The notes beneath the pieces are model-generated. The model saw only the letters and a program-made list of their open reading frames with translations, was not told where the DNA came from and searched no databases. Shown here piece after piece: positions 59,933 to 64,000 of a stretch of DNA of 64,000 nt (within the stretch, counting starts at the first letter, position 1; the number at the start of each line of letters is the position of its first letter). The stretch is from the NCBI RefSeq assembly GCF_902713615.1, contig NC_052153.1, positions 142,181,772 through 142,245,771 of the forward strand. Direction: 5' to 3'. This DNA is from Scyliorhinus canicula. Taxonomy: Eukaryota. The translations under genes and the position numbers were made by a program.

Positions 59933-60256
59933 TGAGGTTTTGATAGTAATGAAGCAGGGAGAAGAGGAAGGATTAAGCGTTGAGAGTGACTGTCCTCTAA
60001 TTCATTTGGGTAATGAGGAACTACTGAGAAATTTAAACAACTGGTTAAATTACCTTCCAGATAAGAGCTGAGATGAACTGGAAGTGTTATTGCAGTCTTA
60101 TAAATGTATTTGTGGGAATACATTAGGCAGTGCAGAGGTAGCAATGCATGATGTAGATGAGGGGGAAACAGTTTCAATAAAGGAACATCCATTTGGGTTA
60201 AATGCAGCAAAGTTATCATATGTACAGATGGAAATTGAATAGATGCACCAAAATGA

Positions 60257-60435
60257 GGGGCTGGTTTAGCTCACTGGGCTAAATCGCTGGCTTTTAAAGC
60301 AGACCAAGCAGGCCAGCAGCACGGTTCGATTCCCGTACCAGCCTCCCCGGACAGGCGCCGGAATGTGGCGACTAGGGGCTTTTCACAGTAACTTCATTGA
60401 AGCCTACTCGTGACAATAAGCGACTTTCATTTTCA
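60257..60435 (+). mobile_element. ~180-bp tRNA-headed SINE
   Basis: GGGGCTGGTTTAGCTCACTGGG...GGTTCGATTCCC...GACAATAAGCGACTTTCATTTTC; third copy in the window. Confidence 0.88.
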
Positions 60436-62789
60436 AATTACATTATTGATTTGAGTTCTAATGATTGGAGTTGACCTATTGTAATAGTATCAGAGCAGAT
60501 AATACGTCCACTTTTATCCTTTTGTTTAAGAACTGTTTAACTGTTAGTTGTCAAGCTATTTAATTGATGTTCATGTGGTTAATTCTGTGTTTAAATTAAG
60601 TTTGTTTTGACATAAAAGATACCTACTGGTCAGAGTCATCTCTCCTGGCTGAAATATCATTTCTTACAGTTTTACAAATTAAAAAATTGTTTGGGGTTCT
60701 AATCCAGTATCTGAACAAAAGTTGGGATCTGGTCCAGTATCCTAACAGAACCTGTGTATAAATACTTTGGAGTATATTTTATATTAATGCATGCTTTAAA
60801 TCTTCAGAATGTTAAATAAGGTAGAAATGATAAGAAATGGTTGAAAATCGAAATCACCTTTCAGATTATGATGTTTGATTTGAAAAATAGGGTGACGGAG
60901 TTAAAAATTGAGGAAAATCAAGATTATGAAATGAAATTGGGATAAGATAAAGTGGAGAAATGGGCTAAAAAGGGGCTAATACGTACAGCTGTCTGAAGGG
61001 GTGTTTTTGATATGCGAATTACGGTGGCAGTAGGAAAACAAGTGTTTACCTAAGTGACTGAGGAAAAGCAATGGTGTATAGAGGAGGTGGCTTCCCAGTG
61101 GAGAGATGAGGGAATAATGTGCTGTAATTCTATAGTTCCCTATTACTTATCTTCTGAATGATTCCTCTTACTGTGTCTAATTTTAGCTGCCCCAAAAAGA
61201 GAGGACAACTAGCTTGATACCTTGCTTAAGCTTAATGAGTAAGAGGATAAGCTTGGAGAGTTAATGCTTTTTCTCTTCAAAATGCACAGCCTTGAGGGAG
61301 ATTTGGTTCAATGGTAAAGTATTTCAAAGAGTGAAAGACTTTCAGTACATTGGGCATTTGAGCTTGATAGGTTTGGTCCAGGGGATGGAAGTATAAGTTA
61401 TATAAGCACTGAAGTTACATCATTTCAGAATGGAACTCTTTAATTGGATAGTTGCTTCCTGTACCTTTTTATATGTTTGTATCTTTTTCCTCCAAATAAC
61501 AGCAATATAAGCCAGTTTTCGTGGCAATGGATGTTCACTTCCACGTACTGACAACAATCAACGTACAGTATCAGTAAATTCAATTGACTAATCAGTTAGG
61601 GTCATGTCAGACTGACTCTTGTTAGAATTATAATTTAGTACTGATGCAATCTTCCACTTTTAGCTTTTCTGATTGTAATAGTGTAGTGACAGATTGCATT
61701 GACCCCATTTTTTAATCATTCCAAAGCAACATCTTTGGCTTGACCTAATCAATAGATTCTTCAGATACTTTCAAGTATTTGTTAACCACATATTAGATTT
61801 AATTGGGTGGGTTAATGTACCCTATCAGTTACTCTCTTAGTGCAACTTCTTTTGTTTTACAAATAGCAACACAACTTTGAGAAGTAACACAGTGCATACT
61901 ATGGGAGAAGGTGGTGAAGTGGTATTGTCACTGGACAAGTGACTCAGGGTAATGCTCTTGGGATCCCACCAGTGGTAATCCCACCACTGCATATAAATAT
62001 ATATTTGTGATTCTCCTTCAAAATAATCCTTTCAGATACACAGTTGTCTCTGGAGGTTGTTTCACCTTTTGAAAATAGTATAAAATAAGCAACGTCAGAT
62101 CGATTGACTGTTTTTCAGATTATCCGATTATCCATTTCACTGGCTTCAACAGAAAGGAAAGTCGAACAGTGTGTTTAACAGCCGTATGATCCAATGGCAT
62201 CCATTTTACACCATCATCTTCTAAATCCTCAATCTCTTTCTAATTTACCTCGCTCGCTATGCTAGATCGTTAGGTGTGATTGTTTATTTATTGAGCTCAG
62301 CGAGATATCTGGAATGAATGATTTGCATTTGTAAGATTGCTTCACTACATATGCCCTGTCATAAAATGCCCGTGTCAGAATAATTAGCAGTGATATCACA
62401 TAACTTTAAATTATCATTCTTTGGTGGACAATATATATCTGCTCATGTCAGCTATAGAGTGGCATCTGCCTGTAGTGGTGATCCAAGAGACAGGGAATTA
62501 TTCCTAATCCTGCGTAGGAAAACCCATACTTAAAAATCACAAACTTAATGATGACTGTAACTGGGTTGCAGAGAGGCTGCCCATGCTACAGTATCTTTAT
62601 GGATGTTGTTAATCCACTTACACTTTGGTGACAATATAAAATACAAAAACTGAAACAGGTGAATCTTTAAGTTCCTACCCCAAGTTTTGTCAACTCTCCA
62701 TTTTGTGGACTGCTGTCTGCTATGATACTCACAAAAAGCTCTAGTATCTGCATATAGTCAGGGTAAGCTTCACATTGCAGTTTTTTTCA

Positions 62790-63790
62790 CAATTTAGTGA
62801 GTTTTGTGTGAGCCATAATGACGGTGCAATCCACAGTAAGGTCTTGGATTGCAAGAGCCTTTCTTGTAAAGGAATAAATTCTGGAAAATGGGGGGAGGAA
62901 TGGTAGTTGTTGATCGGCCGGCAGTGGCCAAAGAGACAGCAGTGGGTGGGATTGGTAAAATGGGAAACAGGTTAATACGATTAGCCATTAGCAGGCACAC
63001 TAGCAGGAAGGTAAACGAGAGGGAATTGAAGCAGTTGAGGTTATTCCTGAGAAGGAGGTAGCAATAGATAACATAGTAAAACCTATGGAGATTGCTGAGA
63101 GAGGCAGAGTGTAGCTGTGAGCTTATCGATTCCATCAAGCCTGGGGCAGAAGCAAGTTAATAGGAAGGCAGAGGAGTTTGGGATGGAGATTGTGGAAGAA
63201 AAAGGAGTTGAGAGAGAAGAATGTAGGGTGACATTATTGTGTTACACGATGTAGAGGACGAAAGGGCTTGAGATGGACCAAAGAAAGGAGATAGAAATAT
63301 TAGACATGGATCCGGAGCATAAAATAACATGATCAAATACAGATGGAAATAATTCATGTTAAATAAGAGTGGCAGAGATTAAGATACCTTCTTCATACAC
63401 AATGGGTTGGGAGGAGAGATAATCCAATATTGAAGTCAGAGTTCCTATGGTGAGAGGAAGTTGGCCGGTAGGCAGATTAAAACTGCTCGAGAGGCAGGGT
63501 ATCAATACACTACAGTATGTTTTAAAGTAGAAGGTGAGGTGAGGTGAAGCAAGTCATCTTCCAGCCAGCATACATTGACCCAGGTGTTCGGTAAGGAACA
63601 TAATGGCTTTGGTGTTAACACCCTGCAGCAACAGGCTCAAAATATCATCAGAGGATTGAAGAGCATGGGTAGTGGCACCAACAGTGAAGTCCAGGGAGTC
63701 AGCTGAGGGTGAAATCAAAACCACAGGATAAGTTCAGACAGAGCTGTTCATTCAATAAAGTAATGCTCTTTGCAACTTTCTCAAAACCCT
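62790..63790 (-). mobile_element. Very decayed Penelope-like RT fragment
   Basis: Faint remnants of LDYxSSHP-like and FHP-like motifs, with a purine-rich plus strand. Confidence 0.35.
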
Positions 63791-63825
63791 TTCAGCTGTG
63801 TGTTAAAACAACACATCAAATGTTT

Positions 63826-64000
63826 TGTGAGGGCCACGTACTCCCATAGGATTGTGGGATTGTCATTAGTCCCCAGCCAATGGTAAGCAGGCAGGTTATA
63901 ACATCCCTCCCCCCCAAAGTCCAAGGAATCCACCAAAGACCCTGGTGAGGAGGGCATTGGACTCGTTTTGCCGCAGGCCGGGCCCCATTTGCATGAGGCA
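63826..64000 (-). mobile_element. 3' end of an LTR retrotransposon (PPT and short LTR remnant), continuing beyond the window
   Basis: Minus strand GGGGGGGAGGGA polypurine tract (63904-63915) immediately followed by TGTTATAACC...CTCACA. Confidence 0.6.

Larger units (their letters stand above)
58330..60747 (+). mobile_element. Old Gypsy remnant with integrase upstream of RT (Gmr1-like) and a probable 3' LTR piece
   Basis: 58690-58870: APLILIPAFKEPFTRFLVDCVG..YLLTIMDISIRFPE (integrase). 60170-60490: IKEHPFGLN...EIE*MHQN/IIDLSSNDWS*PIVIV (RT start). Ends ...ATCCTAACA. Confidence 0.7.

Noticed and set aside
60257-60350. Functional tRNA gene at SINE heads
   Set aside because: A/B boxes are present but there is no canonical cloverleaf, and each copy carries a retroposon tail.

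Overview
This is repeat-saturated eukaryotic DNA, apparently intronic or intergenic, with no host protein-coding gene I can support. HE1-type V-SINEs and CR1 LINE tails point to an elasmobranch (shark/ray) genome; that assignment is an inference. The centrepiece (28.5-38.4 kb) is a decayed PIF/Harbinger transposase interrupted by two related Ty3/Gypsy elements. Element A is complete (4,600 bp, 30165-34764, minus strand), with 245-bp LTRs differing at 3 positions and a 5-bp AGCAG target-site duplication. Element B is 5'-deleted (about 34958-37474, plus strand) and its pol is fused in frame to the Harbinger N-terminus. Two features of this Gypsy lineage stand out. First, element A has no tRNA primer-binding site: the 16 nt after its 5' LTR are the exact reverse complement of a segment inside its own LTR that ends in the AATAAA signal, which predicts self-priming. 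Second, both copies carry YLDN instead of YxDD at the RT active site, written with different synonymous codons. The rest of the window holds Penelope-like elements with minimal hammerhead ribozyme motifs, a tRNA-Gly(GCC) pseudogene, Harbinger Myb/SANT gene remnants, GC-rich Harbinger-type MITEs with 3-bp TSDs, a Rex1-type LINE, CR1 fragments, a Gypsy remnant with integrase before RT, and about 20 SINEs. Boundaries of old fragments are approximate, and family names come from motif recognition, not database searches.
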